NCBI RefSeq assembly: GCF_001194135.2
Contig: NC_068995.1
Location: 34,569,312-34,633,311 of the forward strand
Direction: 5' to 3'
Source: Octopus bimaculoides
Taxonomy: Eukaryota
Length of the DNA: 64,000 bases
The position numbers and the translations under genes were made by a program. Below, piece after piece: positions 1-12,646 of the stretch (its first letter is position 1; each line of letters begins with the position of its first letter). A model generated the notes under the pieces. The model had not been told where the DNA came from, made no database searches, and saw only the letters and a program-made list of their open reading frames with translations.

Positions 1-188
1 TGATCGGCCTTTCCTTTTCTTTTTTTTTTCGATCCCTTTTGATCGAACTGCCCCTTTTTCCCTTCCTACGATCCCTTTTGATCGACACCACCAATTTTTT
101 TTTCCTTCCTTCCCCCTCCCCAAAAGAAAAGCTCTACATTGTATTTGTCCCATCTTCGTTGAGCCCTGTGTGGCTAATAAAAGAAATG

Positions 189-220
<32 letters not shown>
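189..220. repeat. (TATC)n microsatellite
   Basis: Direct tandem TATC units. Confidence 0.95.
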
Positions 221-223
<3 letters not shown>

Positions 224-225
224 TA

Positions 226-510
226 TTTGTTTCAGTCATTAGACTGCGACCATCAAGGGGCACAATCTTGCAGAAATTTAGTTTAGCGAGCCGACCCGAA
301 TACTTGTTTTTTTGTAAAAGCTTGGTACTTATTCTATCGTCTCTTTTGCCGAACCGCTAAGCTACGGGGACGTAAACACACCAGCACCAGTTTGCCAAGT
401 GGTGGTGGTGGGGAAACTCAGACAGAGAAGTACAACCCCCCCCCACACACACACATCACACGCACATGACGAGCCGTCTTTCCATCTACCAAATCCACTC
501 ACAAGGTCAT
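226..510 (-). mobile_element. tRNA-derived SINE family A (octopus OR-like), 5'-truncated
   Basis: Shares gtttcagtcatt.gactgc, gccgaaccgctaag.tacggggacgtaaacacacc and ctaccaaatccactcacaagg with copies at 10875, 28852 and 52757. Family name is from recall. Boundaries approximate. Confidence 0.85.
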
Positions 511-1249
511 AGCAACGACGATACTGTCTTTATTATCGTCGTTATGGTGTAGCATGCGCGAGGTATTTTGTTTAATGATTTTATAATTCCCTTCTACTAG
601 AATTCATGCTGATAGTATCATTTAAAGTAATTCATCACTAAGACCCACTTTAAAAACTAGTAAAGCTAATGCGAATCAATCACCTTTATCTCTTTTTATT
701 TTGATACAGTTTGTTCAGGTCCGCTGCATTTAATTATACCACGGTTGTAATCAAGTTTAGTATACTTTAATGTCATCGGTATCAATGACAAGTTTGATAA
801 AGTATATCAGGGCATTGTGAAATTATTATATATTTGTATGATAATGAAAAGCTTTAAGGTAGATTAGAGAATATACTGTGATTGTTTATTATCTAAATGA
901 ATTCTATAATGCTTGGTATTGTATATGTTTATCCATGAGATCGTATATTAACTGTGAATTAGGTGTGAGTTGAGTGGCTGCCTACTCCGTTAGAAGACTG
1001 TAATTGTAGGGAAAAATCATTTGTCTGAAGGAGAAAACAATAGATATTTTCGATTTTCATTATCCATTCAAATGGCATATAATCAATTTTGTGATTTTTA
1101 GAGAGGATTTATAGAATTTTATTTTAATGTTTTAAATAGCAGCCAATGACATACTTGAGTTACAAAGATCCACATTGATTCTTCGCTCCAAAATCTTGCA
1201 AATTTCTCAGAGTATAGTCACTGTACTCATTAGGAAAGACATAAACTAT

Positions 1250-1420
1250 CAGGTTCACACTTAACATAAGTTCTGGGTTTAAATTCTGTCGAGGTCGACT
1301 TTGCGTTTCAACCTTTCAGAGTCAATTCGATAAGTACTAGTTGAGCACTGTTACCGGTGTAATTGACTAACCCTACCAGAACAAAATTTGATACCTTGTG
1401 TCAACAATAGAAGTTATTAC
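1250..1420 (+). mobile_element. SINE family B, degenerate
   Basis: Contains gaggtcgactttgcgtttcaacctttc...taagtact, homologous to the copy at 7306. Confidence 0.7.
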
Positions 1421-3574
1421 TTAGCATAACATAGTATGGTATATAATGAAGTGTCAAAATTTGCTGTAGGATATCTATAGTATGGTCACTAATACGCTAG
1501 ATCTTTCTAGCTGATAATATAGAAAACAGACACCCGCTGAAAAATGAGATGTAGCAATTGGTCTTAGAGGTCATGATATTATATGAAAGCGCGCTGACAT
1601 AGAACATTCCACCGAAATCAATCATTATTCATTATTTCCTACATAATTAGTCAGACATGCATCCGATAACGCAAACACGAAATGTTGGGTCCAAAAGTGT
1701 AATCTGATATAACTTACATACCACAAGGTACCGTACAACTTTATAAAAAAAGACACGTCTTCTAACGTATACATTTATTGCGAAATTTTAGGAGTTTTTT
1801 AAACTACAAAATAAAAATAACTATACAGCGCGTACACACACTAACGCACACACACATACACACAACCCCCCCTCCGCACATACACATATCCATACAGCCG
1901 CACAGACGGTCACATGACAGATTCCATCAGAGTTTCTGGCTATGAAATTAANNNNNNNNNNNNNNNNNNNNNNNNNNNNNNNNNNNNNNNNNNNNNNNNN
2001 NNNNNNNNNNNNNNNNNNNNNNNNNNNNNNNNNNNNNNNNNNNNNNNNNNNNNNNNNNNNNNNNNNNNNNNNNNNNNNNNNNNNNNNNNNNNNNNNNNNN
2101 NNNNNNNNNNNNNNNNNNNNNNNNNNNNNNNNNNNNNNNNNNNNNNNNNNNNNNNNNNNNNNNNNNNNNNNNNNNNNNNNNNNNNNNNNNNNNNNNNNNN
2201 NNNNNNNNNNNNNNNNNNNNNNNNNNNNNNNNNNNNNNNNNNNNNNNNNNNNNNNNNNNNNNNNNNNNNNNNNNNNNNNNNNNNNNNNNNNNNNNNNNNN
2301 NNNNNNNNNNNNNNNNNNNNNNNNNNNNNNNNNNNNNNNNNNNNNNNNNNNNNNNNNNNNNNNNNNNNNNNNNNNNNNNNNNNNNNNNNNNNNNNNNNNN
2401 NNNNNNNNNNNNNNNNNNNNNNNNNNNNNNNNNNNNNNNNNNNNNNNNNNNNNNNNNNNNNNNNNNNNNNNNNNNNNNNNNNNNNNNNNNNNNNNNNNNN
2501 NNNNNNNNNNNNNNNNNNNNNNNNNNNNNNNNNNNNNNNNNNNNNNNNNNNNNNNNNNNNNNNNNNNNNNNNNNNNNNNNNNNNNNNNNNNNNNNNNNNN
2601 NNNNNNNNNNNNNNNNNNNNNNNNNNNNNNNNNNNNNNNNNNNNNNNNNNNNNNNNNNNNNNNNNNNNNNNNNNNNNNNNNNNNNNNNNNNNNNNNNNNN
2701 NNNNNNNNNNNNNNNNNNNNNNNNNNNNNNNNNNNNNNNNNNNNNNNNNNNNNNNNNATATATATATATATATACATATATATCGTCAAGCTTTTGGTAA
2801 AATTTGATGCAGATTCTCCGTACAACTTTCTCTGTCATGGTCAATGCAACGATCACACGCTACACACATTCCCTCCAGTTACTGCTGTAAACAGCAGAAG
2901 TAAGCGAGAGCGATAAAACTTTGAGCGCATGCACAGCAGAGTTCAAGATCATTCTGTGCCGAGCAACCTTACTTTGTGTGCTTTAGCGTCGTTACTATAG
3001 CAGCAATCTGGATACTTATTCACCAACGCGAAGCAAAATGAAATGACATCATCTGTTAGTCAAGGATAAGAAAACAGTAAAGAAAGAATGAAATATAACG
3101 AGGTTGTAAGAATTCTGAGCGTGTCTTTTTAGGTGATATGTAATTCTTTGTAGAAACGTCAGGTAAACAAAAATAGAAAATGTTGATATTTAAGGTATTG
3201 CAAGAAAATTTAATTTTCAATTATGCATTTCTCAATCACACTATTATAAACGTACAAATTATAGATTGTGTCAAAGCACGAAATATCTGTCACTTCTGTT
3301 AGCAAAGACTGTACAAGAACTTATTGCGTCTCAGCTTGTTTAATGATCGTATGTGCTGGCAACCCAATACATATGATGAAATATTTAAGAATAACAAGAG
3401 TTTTCATTTTCTGCACAACAATTGTGCATCACTCTCCTTTCATTTACGTGTAAAAAAAGAATTACATGGATTATGCTTACAGCATAAGTTTTGAATGTCA
3501 TTGCTTTCGGTTCAGAAGATGATATGAATGTGAGCTTCAGTATGCAATTGTCTGCTGGAGTATGCGCGCGTAAA

Positions 3575-3598
3575 CGTGTATGTAAGTGTGTATGTATG

Positions 3599-3632
<34 letters not shown>

Positions 3633-3995
3633 TGTATGTGTGCATGTGTGTATGTATGTATGTATGTACGTATGTATGTGTACGTATGCATTTGTGTGTA
3701 TGCATATATATATATATGCATGCCTGTGTGCACGTTTGTATGTATGTATTCTGCATATCCATGTGCTTGTGTGTTCGTGTTTGCGTGTTTATGTGTTTGT
3801 GTTCATGTTTGTGTGTCTATGTATCTTTGTCTGTTATGTATGGATGTGTGTCTCTATATGTGTCCTTGTGTGAAGTGTGCGTGTCTGTATATAGTCATGT
3901 GTTTCAGTATTCATTTGTACGTATGTATGTATGTATGTATGTATGTATGTATGTATGTATTTATGAATGCCAGTTTGTATGTGTGTATGCGTGTG
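3575..3995. repeat. Compound (TATG)n/(TG)n low-complexity tract
   Basis: Direct tandem repeats; source of the MYVC/HTYI ORFs. Confidence 0.9.
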
Positions 3996-4454
3996 CGTGT
4001 GCCCATCAAGTAAATAAGTAGAAATCGGACCTGTGAGTGTGTTAAATTAATAAGGCACTAAAGGAGAATGACTCTCCCCAGAACAATAAAATATAATACC
4101 ACAAATTCTTGATTAAGAATTTCCCAACATGACATGCCACTAAGGAAGATGACAAGCTTATTGTCTGGAGAGATAAGAGAACAGACTTGGACACGTATTT
4201 CTGGTGCAGTGTAATTTATACGTTTCCTTTTTTTACTGGTTACATATATGGGACTGGAAACAAGTTTGGATATCATAATTATATTGTTTAGTCGATCATA
4301 TCAGTCCCAGTATTTATTTTAATTGGTGAACACCTAATATATGGGACATGAAAACAGCACAAGTTGAGGAGTGTAGACGTAATCGTAAGCTGGAACACGG
4401 AAACAAATACTTATACTAATCTCATCTAATGTACACATACATACGCACGTGCAT

Positions 4455-4512
<58 letters not shown>

Positions 4513-4731
4513 ATGTATATATGTATGTAATATATGTATGTACGCATGTAGTATATATGTAATGCTTGTATGTGCGTATGCATGTATATATACGATGAGC
4601 TTCCCTATAATTTTCTCCTAATTTTTCCACACACGACAATGGTCAACGGATGGTTACAGCTGAAAACACTTTTGTAAGGTGCCACTCTACAGGACCGATG
4701 CTTAAGGCATGCCTGCAGCATCTCTAAGGCA

Positions 4732-4800
<69 letters not shown>

Positions 4801-4827
4801 GTCTGTCTGTCTGTCTGTCTACCTGTC

Positions 4828-4899
<72 letters not shown>
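4732..4899. repeat. Compound (TATC)n(TGTC)n(TA)n microsatellite
   Basis: Direct tandem repeats. Confidence 0.95.
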
Positions 4900-5519
4900 A
4901 GGAGAAAGAGAAAAGAGTGATAGTAAAGAGGGTTGAGGGAAAGACAGAAAGAGAGAGAGAGAGAGATAGAGAGAGAGGGTGAGAGAGGAGGCGAGAGAGA
5001 GGGCGAGAGAGAGAGCTAAATACACAGAGAGTGGCTGATGGAAAAAAATATATAATATACAGTACAGAAGAATGGCAAAAGCGGAAGAGAGAAATGAGAA
5101 CGAGGCAGCATTGCTGGGAAGAGCTGCCACACCGCAGGAATGTTTTGATGAAGGCAGTCTGGGAATAATTTAAAATCATGCTGAGCAAAGTGTATTACAA
5201 AGTGCTTGGACGGAAATCTCTCGACTGTAAGGAAATGATAAGGTGGATGTATGTTGTAATTTGACGATGGAATTAAAGTGAAAATTAGATTACTATATCA
5301 TAGTAAACAGCAGACTACAGTAAATAAATGATAACAGCAAGATTATTGAAATATCAATTTGAATAAACAGGCAAAATTTCATATAAGTGGCTCCTGGAAC
5401 ATGATTATATACTACGTCATAAAACAGATTATGTCTAATTTTCAACAAGCATAATTATAACAGGCGTAGTGTTAGTAGTAGTGGCTGTCCTGTTTAACGA
5501 AGGTAAATGACCGTAAATT

Positions 5520-5911
5520 GTGGTAGTGCATTTAGTCGAGAAAATCAGTACCGAGTTTTGAGAGGCGATTAAATATTATGGGTCCCCCGAATGATGAAAA
5601 GCGTAGTTGATATCAGCAGGATTTGAAATTATAGTGCAAATTTCCGGAAAAAAATTACCCGACTCTTACGATTCTGCCAATACAACTCTTCTATAATTCG
5701 TTCTACTATAGGCCCAAGGTGTGAACATTTTGGAAGGAGTTGGCTAGTTTATTACGACGACGCCAGTGCTTGACTGGTACTTATTTTATCTACGTTAAAA
5801 GAATGAAAGGCAATGTCGACCTCGGCGGATTTTGAGCTCAGAATGTAAAGCCGGAAGAAACGCCGTGAAGCATTTTGTCCAGTAGAGAAAGGATTCTACC
5901 AGCTCTTCACC

Positions 5912-5953
<42 letters not shown>

Positions 5954-6158
5954 TAATAATAATCCTTTCTAATATAGGCACAAGACCTGACATTTAGGGT
6001 GAGAGGGCAAGTCTACTATATCAATCCCAGTTCTCAACTGGTACTTAATTTATCCATCCCGAAAGGACGAAAGGTAAAGTCGACTTCTGAGGAATTTGAA
6101 CTCAGAGCGTCAAGACTGGCGATATGCAGCCAAGCAACTTGCCCGGCGTGCTAACGCC
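5520..6158 (-). mobile_element. Head-to-tail array of up to three SINE family B copies
   Basis: Two clear reverse-complement bodies (ctggtactt..tttat...gaaagg.aa.gtcgac...ga.ctcaga) at ~5680-5910 and ~5962-6158, separated by (AAT)n at 5913-5961. A third, more decayed copy lies at ~5520-5680. Confidence 0.75.
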
Positions 6159-6194
6159 GTGGTACACCTCCAGCGTTAGAAGTTGTGCAAAGAC
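6159..6194 (+). mobile_element. 36-bp 3' terminus of an R4/Dong-like non-LTR element
   Basis: gtggtacacctccagcgttagaagttgtgcaaagac matches the reverse complement of 39911-39946 at 32/36 nt and is followed by (AAT)n. Confidence 0.85.
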
Positions 6195-6216
6195 AATAAA
6201 TAATAATAATAATAAC

Positions 6217-6272
<56 letters not shown>

Positions 6273-6307
6273 GAAGAAGAAGAAGAAGAAGAAGAAGAAT
6301 AAGAATA
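6195..6307. repeat. (AAT)n(AAG)n microsatellite
   Basis: Direct tandem repeats. Confidence 0.95.
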
Positions 6308-6510
6308 AGCTGCTAAGCTCAAGACTGAATGGCGGAAAAAAAGTACTTCTGCAGTAAACACATGGCCGGTCTCTCTAATATGATATTCTTCTGCATTGGA
6401 CTATGGAAGAACTTAGAGACAGAATGTAAAACCAGGAAGACAATGTCCATATCTATACCTCAGAGACAGTGTTGATAGATTTTACCTAACGCGGATGGAG
6501 TAGGTATATT
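6308..6510 (+). mobile_element. Internal (post-RT) fragment of an R4/Dong-like element
   Basis: Frameshifted translation KLLSSRLNGGKKV/SAVNTWPVSLI*YS/WTMEELR/KTRKTMS/DSVDRFYLTR resembles the R4/Dong segment K.LKSKLNG.N...AINTWAV..LRY..W...EL..LDRKTRK..DVDRLY.PR. Confidence 0.7.
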
Positions 6511-6524
6511 GTACACTTTTACAT

Positions 6525-6700
6525 GTTCCAGTCATTTGACTGCAGTTAGCCTGGGGCACACTTTGAAGGATTTTAGTTAATAAGATCAAGCACAACGTTA
6601 TATTTTTTAAGTTTGTTTCATATTCTATCGGTCAGTTTTGTCGTACCGTTAGGTTATGGGAACGTGAACAAACCAACGTTGGCTGTCAAGCCGACAACAC
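6525..6700 (-). mobile_element. SINE family A, 3' half
   Basis: cagtcatttgactgc...tattctatcggtc...ggttatgggaacgtgaacaaaccaac..ggctgtcaagc, homologous to the other family A copies. Confidence 0.75.
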
Positions 6701-6724
6701 ACACACTAAAATGCACACATATGC

Positions 6725-6783
6725 ACATACATACATACATACATACATTACAGAAATCGCCCGTCCGTAGGCAAACGGGCTAA
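6725..6783 (+). mobile_element. Possible Helentron/HINE-like 3' end: (CATA)n followed by a GC-rich hairpin
   Basis: (CATA)n, then GCCCGT(6759-6764)...ACGGGC(6775-6780), then TAA. The layout resembles HINE/pearl-type ends, but no 5' end was identified. Confidence 0.3.
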
Positions 6784-7305
6784 GACAATTTCTCAGCATA
6801 CATTTAACTATTTGAACTCACGTGGACCGGTTTCTTTACTGGTATAATAGTCTAACCTTCCTCAGCACGCTTTACCCTGATGGAGAGCTCTAACCCGTCA
6901 TGTTGAAGTCTGCGTTGCAACTGATTCGTTTTGCGCCGAACCATGGCAGCCACCAGTGGGAAAATAATTCCAATACGGAGCAAATAATTCACGAGAAAAT
7001 ATTTGCGAAGATATCATTGACTTTATTATTATCTAGTGTAACAATTTCGTGTTTGCGCCAATGTATGGATGTCTGGCTGTTCCCATGTTGGGAATAAGGA
7101 ATAATGATCCATTTCAAGGGAATGTTCTAAATTGGGGCGCTATCAGATAATCTCATGACCTCTAAGACCAATTACTACATTACATACACCAGGGGGTGTT
7201 TGTTTTATATATTATCAGCTAGAAAGCTCTAGCCTATAAGTGACCATACTGTGGACATCCTACAGCAAACTTTGTCACTTAATATACACTTAATATACAA
7301 TACTA

Positions 7306-7519
7306 AAAAGTGGTGAGCTGGCAGAAACGTTAGCACGCCGGGAGAAATGCTTAGCAGTATTTCGTCTGTCTTTACGTTCTGAGTTCAAATTCCGCCGAGG
7401 TCGACTTTGCCTTTCATCCTTTCGGGGTCGATAAATTAAGAAACAGTTGCGTACTGGGGTCTGTCTAATCGACTGGCCTCGTCCCTAAAAAATTCGGGCC
7501 TTGTACCTAGAGTAGAAAA
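7306..7519 (+). mobile_element. SINE family B, full length, with 14-bp TSD
   Basis: tRNA-like head ggtgagctggcagaaacgttag...gagttcaaattcc (A/B box-like). TSD aatatacaatacta at 7292-7305 and 7520-7533. Confidence 0.92.
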
Positions 7520-8067
7520 AATATACAATACTATGTTATCTTAAGTAATAACTCATTCTATCATTGACCGTCAATATTGCGGTAGGGCTAGGCAATTACA
7601 CTGATAACAGTGCTTAACTAGTACTAATTAAATCGATTCCGAAAGGTTTTTATTTTATCAAATACATTAGGGATCATACTGAGGACAAACAACAGAAAAT
7701 TTTGACACTTAATGATATACAATACTATGTTATGTTAAGTAATGATTCTTCCTGTTATAAGTAGAGGACATGAAGTTTTAATTTAGGCACACGGGCAGCA
7801 ACTATGATAAGTAGGGTTGACGATAGTATCTAGACTATTTTTTTGTATTTTAAGGACCTCGAAAGAATGATGTAATACAACGTTAATCTCAGCAAGGATT
7901 CGAATACTAGATTCCATGCTTGAAAAGTAAGGGTTTTCAACGGAAAAGGAATCCAGTTGTATAGCAATGCCCCATCATCATATTCAACTAACGTATACAT
8001 AAATTGTAAAACGAACGAACACATATATTGATATTATATATGTGCGTATGTGTGTGTGAGAGAGAAA

Positions 8068-8109
<42 letters not shown>

Positions 8110-9250
8110 GTGGATAAACGAAAGAAAATTGATTCAGCACATTTAGTAGTGGTTAGATATATTATTTAAGACAGTTTGATTTGGATTAGCAGGTCTAGGC
8201 TTTAGACAACCGAATTTCGTACGTGATTGTGTGTGTGTGTGCGTGTGTATGTGTGTGTGCGTGAGAGAGAGAAGGGAAAGGGAGAAAGAGAGAAAGAGAG
8301 AGAGAGAGAGAGCTCGTTCAATGAATTGTACCGTTATTCAGAGATCCATCTTTGTCATCGTGTCAAGTTGATTTTGCTTGATGATTACATTAAGTGTATA
8401 CACATACATGGAATACTCAGCTTCGTACTTGCTAATTCATTGAGCATGTGATATAGTTAAAAAAATTCCTTGACAATCATTGTTGAAAGTGTTGGAAATC
8501 TATATACTAGTAATATGCTTGTTTTCCTTTTAGATTTATGTAAGCTCTCGTTAATGGATTTTAAGTCTGTCACTAACAAATCGACAAAACTTTCTGATTT
8601 AAAACTGTAGCTGAGGTTTGGAAATACTTGGTCGAATTAGTGTGTGCATATATGTAGGTGTATGGACCAGCACTTATGTTTCGTGTGAATACATCTCTTT
8701 AACGCTTAGGTGTTAGTGCATGTATATGTCTGCATGCACATCATTACTTTTTACAGGTATGTCCTTGTAGATACACACAAACCAAATGTGTGCATATAAT
8801 CATTTAAAGAATCTTAAACGGAGAATCTTTTGAATGTCTTACAGTTTTTCACTGTGCCGTTAATTGATTAGATTTGGAGGGGACACCTCAGTTTCTTTTG
8901 CCCTTTCATAAATCATTCTAGCATTATTGAGTTTTCGTGTCCGGATATACATTGCCTAAGTACTTATGATGATAAGTACAAACGAAAATCTTTAGCCAGA
9001 GTACAGGAGTTGTTAGTTCCGCATTATTTCACCATAAATATTCCCTCTTTTCTTGTATTTTTGAAAATACTTTCACATCCGTTAGGCTCACCTCTACAAC
9101 AATGAGTGAATTTTGTTTTTTGAACCCAGAACTATATCATTTCCGGATTGTTTTCACAGGATTTCACAAGATTGTATCTGCCTGGGCAATCTTGCCTACG
9201 AATGTATGCATGATCGTATGTATGTTTGAATGTATGTATGTATGTCGCTA

Positions 9251-9520
9251 GGTGAGGGCACATATGGCCTAGTGGTTAGCGTGTTGCATTCATAATCGCG
9301 AGATCGGGCTTTCAATTCCTGGACCGGCGGTGCGTTGTGCTCTTGAGTAAAATGATACATCTCACCTTGCTCTGCAATCACTTCGACACCTGAGTATAGT
9401 ACACAGTGCACCTGTTCAAGCAACGTTGATCTGATGGAGTGAGTGAAGTAATGTATAGCACATACATTTAATCACTATGAGCAAATCATTTGTGGAGGAT
9501 GTTCAGTATTGCAGCGCTGT
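9251..9520 (+). mobile_element. tRNA-derived SINE family C
   Basis: A box tggcctagtgg and B box-like ttcaattcc; body homologous to 37508-37770, with head and core similar to 30684. Confidence 0.8.
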
Positions 9521-9608
9521 CTCTCACGCACTACTAGAGATTATCCTCATAAAGAGAAGTAGGTATCCATCTATGAATATTTTGTACCCAATAGCCTATT
9601 TTCATCTG

Positions 9609-9652
<44 letters not shown>

Positions 9653-10417
9653 TATATACAAAGAGAGAGAGAGAGTGAAGAGAAACACCATGTCGGTTTC
9701 ATCAGGCTTGGGAGACCTGTGAACCTCAGCACAGCCTCTTCCAACAGACCAAATCCCCCCCCACCCCACCAAACAATAATGGCAAATGACTGTGGTAAAT
9801 TATAAGAACAATATAAAGAGAGCTACCCCAACTGCAAGTTATAAAGAAAAAAAAATAGAAGTATCTTTATTGAGAAGGAGTTCTTTGTCTTTGTGGATGA
9901 AGGATTGTAATCAAAACTGAATTGCTGATTGCGAAAAGATTTTCTCAGAGTGCCTATACAGAATCCTCATTTGGGTAGATGACATGCATGACTCTCACAA
10001 ATCATTCATCTACACCTAATTTTCTTTGAGGCTGCTAGACTGCAGAGGGAGATTTCTTGTGAAAAGTGAATGCTAATGAGTGATATGTATAGCGCTTTGA
10101 TCTTAGCTAAGAATTTCTTCCGTAGTTATATCCCTTAGCAGAAATCAGTGGTACTCCGTCCTCCTGTATTTGATTTGAGCCAAGTTTTCTCTTAATTAGC
10201 TGAACTCTTAGCTCATTTTAGCATAATTATTACGTCACAACGTAATCTGACAACAGTTAATTTATTTCCCCATTTATCTGCAAATATGCTTTATTCTACC
10301 GATCCAAATGCCGTTACCTATCCAGAAGAATTTCTACTTGCATTCTTTACTCATGAACAGAGAGATTGTGACTAACCTCATATCGCACATCCGTTCTAGT
10401 ATTATCTCTACACTCAC

Positions 10418-10537
10418 TCTATATCTGCTTTCCATCGTGTCAGTTTTGATTGTGACAGTACTAAAGTCTTTCCGCTGACATGAAAAGGAGGGTTTCCCAG
10501 TCATAGTGGGGATGAGAGGGTTGATGTCTATCTGCAC
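10418..10537 (-). CDS. Candidate 120-nt internal exon (VQIDINPLIPTMTGKPSFSCQRKDFSTVTIKTDTMESRYR in phase 0), product unknown
   Basis: Minus strand: cctatttatttcag|GTGCAG...TATAGA|gtgagt. Length is divisible by 3, one frame is open, and GC is higher than the flanks. No recognisable homology. Confidence 0.35.
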
Positions 10538-10874
10538 CTGAAATAAATAGGAATACTTGATGATGGTTGTGGGTGGGTGCTTGGATGACTACTCACACCT
10601 AATCACTCCAGTAACATTGTGTGTGTCAGTTGTATAAACGCAATATGGAAATATGTGTTTGTTTTCCATAACCTTCGTGCATTGGTGAATCTCTGAGGAT
10701 GTGAGTAGAGTTTGCTGGAAGAGATGCAGTTGCTCATTAAGTTTACGGCGCGGAAGACAGGTAAAGGGAAACGGAGTCTAAGTTAGTGATACGCATAATT
10801 TCAATTATGATAGAGCTAAATTAAGTCTTTGAGTCTGTTATTTAGGTAATTGGTGTTATGATGTATCGGAGGTA

Positions 10875-11060
10875 TACTCTTTTACTTGTTTCAGTCATTT
10901 GACTGCGGCCATGCTGGGGCACCGCCTTTAGTCGAGCAAATCGACCCCAGGACTTATTCTTTGTAAGCCTAGTACTTATTCTATCGGTCTCTTTTTGCCG
11001 AACCGCTAAGTTACGAGGACGCAAACACACCAGCATCGGTTGTCAAGCGAAGTTGGGGGT
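10875..11060 (-). mobile_element. SINE family A, 3' half
   Basis: Well-preserved cttgtttcagtcatttgactgcggccatgctggggcaccgcc...gccgaaccgctaagttacg...ggttgtcaagcg. Confidence 0.9.
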
Positions 11061-11277
11061 AATTGTCTGAGGACGTTGGACCAGGACCGGGAAGTTTTAT
11101 AAAACAGTCCCTTTCTGCCAGAGATGAGTAACAACTGTAATGTCTCCTACATGTTTCTTTTCTAAGTGTTACCCTGGTAGTTTTAACCAGGTTACCATAT
11201 TCTGTGGCGAAACGTAGTAGTAATGAACCTTGGCAGTAAGTCATGAGCAGTTGAATGTTAATGTTTTTGTACCTCTA

Positions 11278-11490
11278 GGGTGGCGAGCTGGCAGAACCGT
11301 TAGCACGCCCGGCGAAACTCTTAGCGGTATTTCGCCCTTTTTGTTCTGAGTTCAAACTCCGCCGAGGTCGACTTTGCCTTTAATCCTTTCGGGGTCGATA
11401 AAATAAGTACCAGCTGAACACTGGAGTCGATGTAATGGATTTACCCACTTTCCTTAAAATTTCTGGCCTGGTGCCAAAATTTAAAATCAA
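11278..11490 (+). mobile_element. SINE family B
   Basis: ggtggcgagctggcagaaccgttagcacgcc...gagttcaaactccgccgaggtcgactttgcc...ggggtcgataaaataagtaccag. Confidence 0.9.
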
Positions 11491-11559
11491 TGTTTTGCCT
11501 CTGTAAAGAAAATCAAACTTGCAAATAGATTCTGATTAGCCTCCAAAGTCACTATCTTT

Positions 11560-11820
11560 TCCTCAATTTTGCATCAGCCTTCTTCATAACATCAAATGCT
11601 GCAAGACGTTGACGCTTTCATTTTCGCAGTGTCTCTTCGTCCAAACATTTTACACCGACTTCTTATGCTTCTAGAAAGTTTCGCATAAGTTTATCAAGAG
11701 TAAAATCTGAAGAATCGTCACTGTACATATTAACAGGGAAGCGATTCCATAAGCGCGAACTCTTGAAGTTGGAATCTTCGTATCGCAATATACGGGGCAA
11801 TATTTTCCAGATGGAGGTCA
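11560..11820 (-). mobile_element. Possible decayed CR1-like LINE 3' remnant
   Basis: Minus frame IWKIL...SRLWNRFPVNMYSDDSSDFTLDKLMRNFL...CLDEETLRK loosely resembles CR1-type C-termini. Similarity judged by eye only. Confidence 0.3.
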
Positions 11821-12172
11821 GGTTGATATATTAACCCTGACCCATTTCACTTACACGTTATCGTCTTTCCAACTACTTATAACAACATCTTCAAAATCGC
11901 TACTAACATGACATACACCATCGCAGCATCACCGCCATCGCAAATAACTTTAACATCACTGACCGCGCCACAACAGCCGCCATTAAACATTAGTGCAGTT
12001 GACACCACAATGCGGGAGACAGGTCGTTTTTGCCCTATCACCCTTGATATAATTATATACTTATGTACATTATTATTAATTTAATGTATTAATCGTCTAT
12101 ATATTTCTATAGTATGCTGACTACTTGATAAATAGAAACCATTATTGTGATTTTTATCCTTATATATATATT

Positions 12173-12278
<106 letters not shown>

Positions 12279-12614
12279 ATATATATACATATATGTATAT
12301 ATATATATACATATATATATATATTTATATGTATATATATATAAATATAAATATATATGTATGAGTGTGGGTGCGCACATGCGTATGTGTGTAACTTCTC
12401 GTATGCATANNNNNNNNNNNNNNNNNNNNNNNNNNNNNNNNNNNNNNNNNNNNNNNNNNNNNNNNNNNNNNNNNNNNNNNNNNNNNNNNNNNNNNNNNNN
12501 NNNNNNNNNNNNNNNNNNNNNNNNNNNNNNNNNNNNNNNNNNNNNNNNNNNNNNNNNNNNNNNNNNNNNNNNNNNNNNNNNNNNNNNNNNNNNNNNNNNN
12601 NNNNNNNNNNNNGC

Positions 12615-12646
<32 letters not shown>

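Noticed and set aside
30-85. Twice-repeated cgatcccttttgatcga with spacer (CRISPR-like)
   Set aside because: Only two units in eukaryotic low-complexity DNA at the window edge, with no cas genes.
590-1060. Possible minus-strand PLE endonuclease remnant (IKCSG...)
   Set aside because: Only one short motif; too decayed to support.
7306-7420. tRNA genes
   Set aside because: All A/B-box sequences are SINE heads continuing into SINE bodies; no complete cloverleaf.
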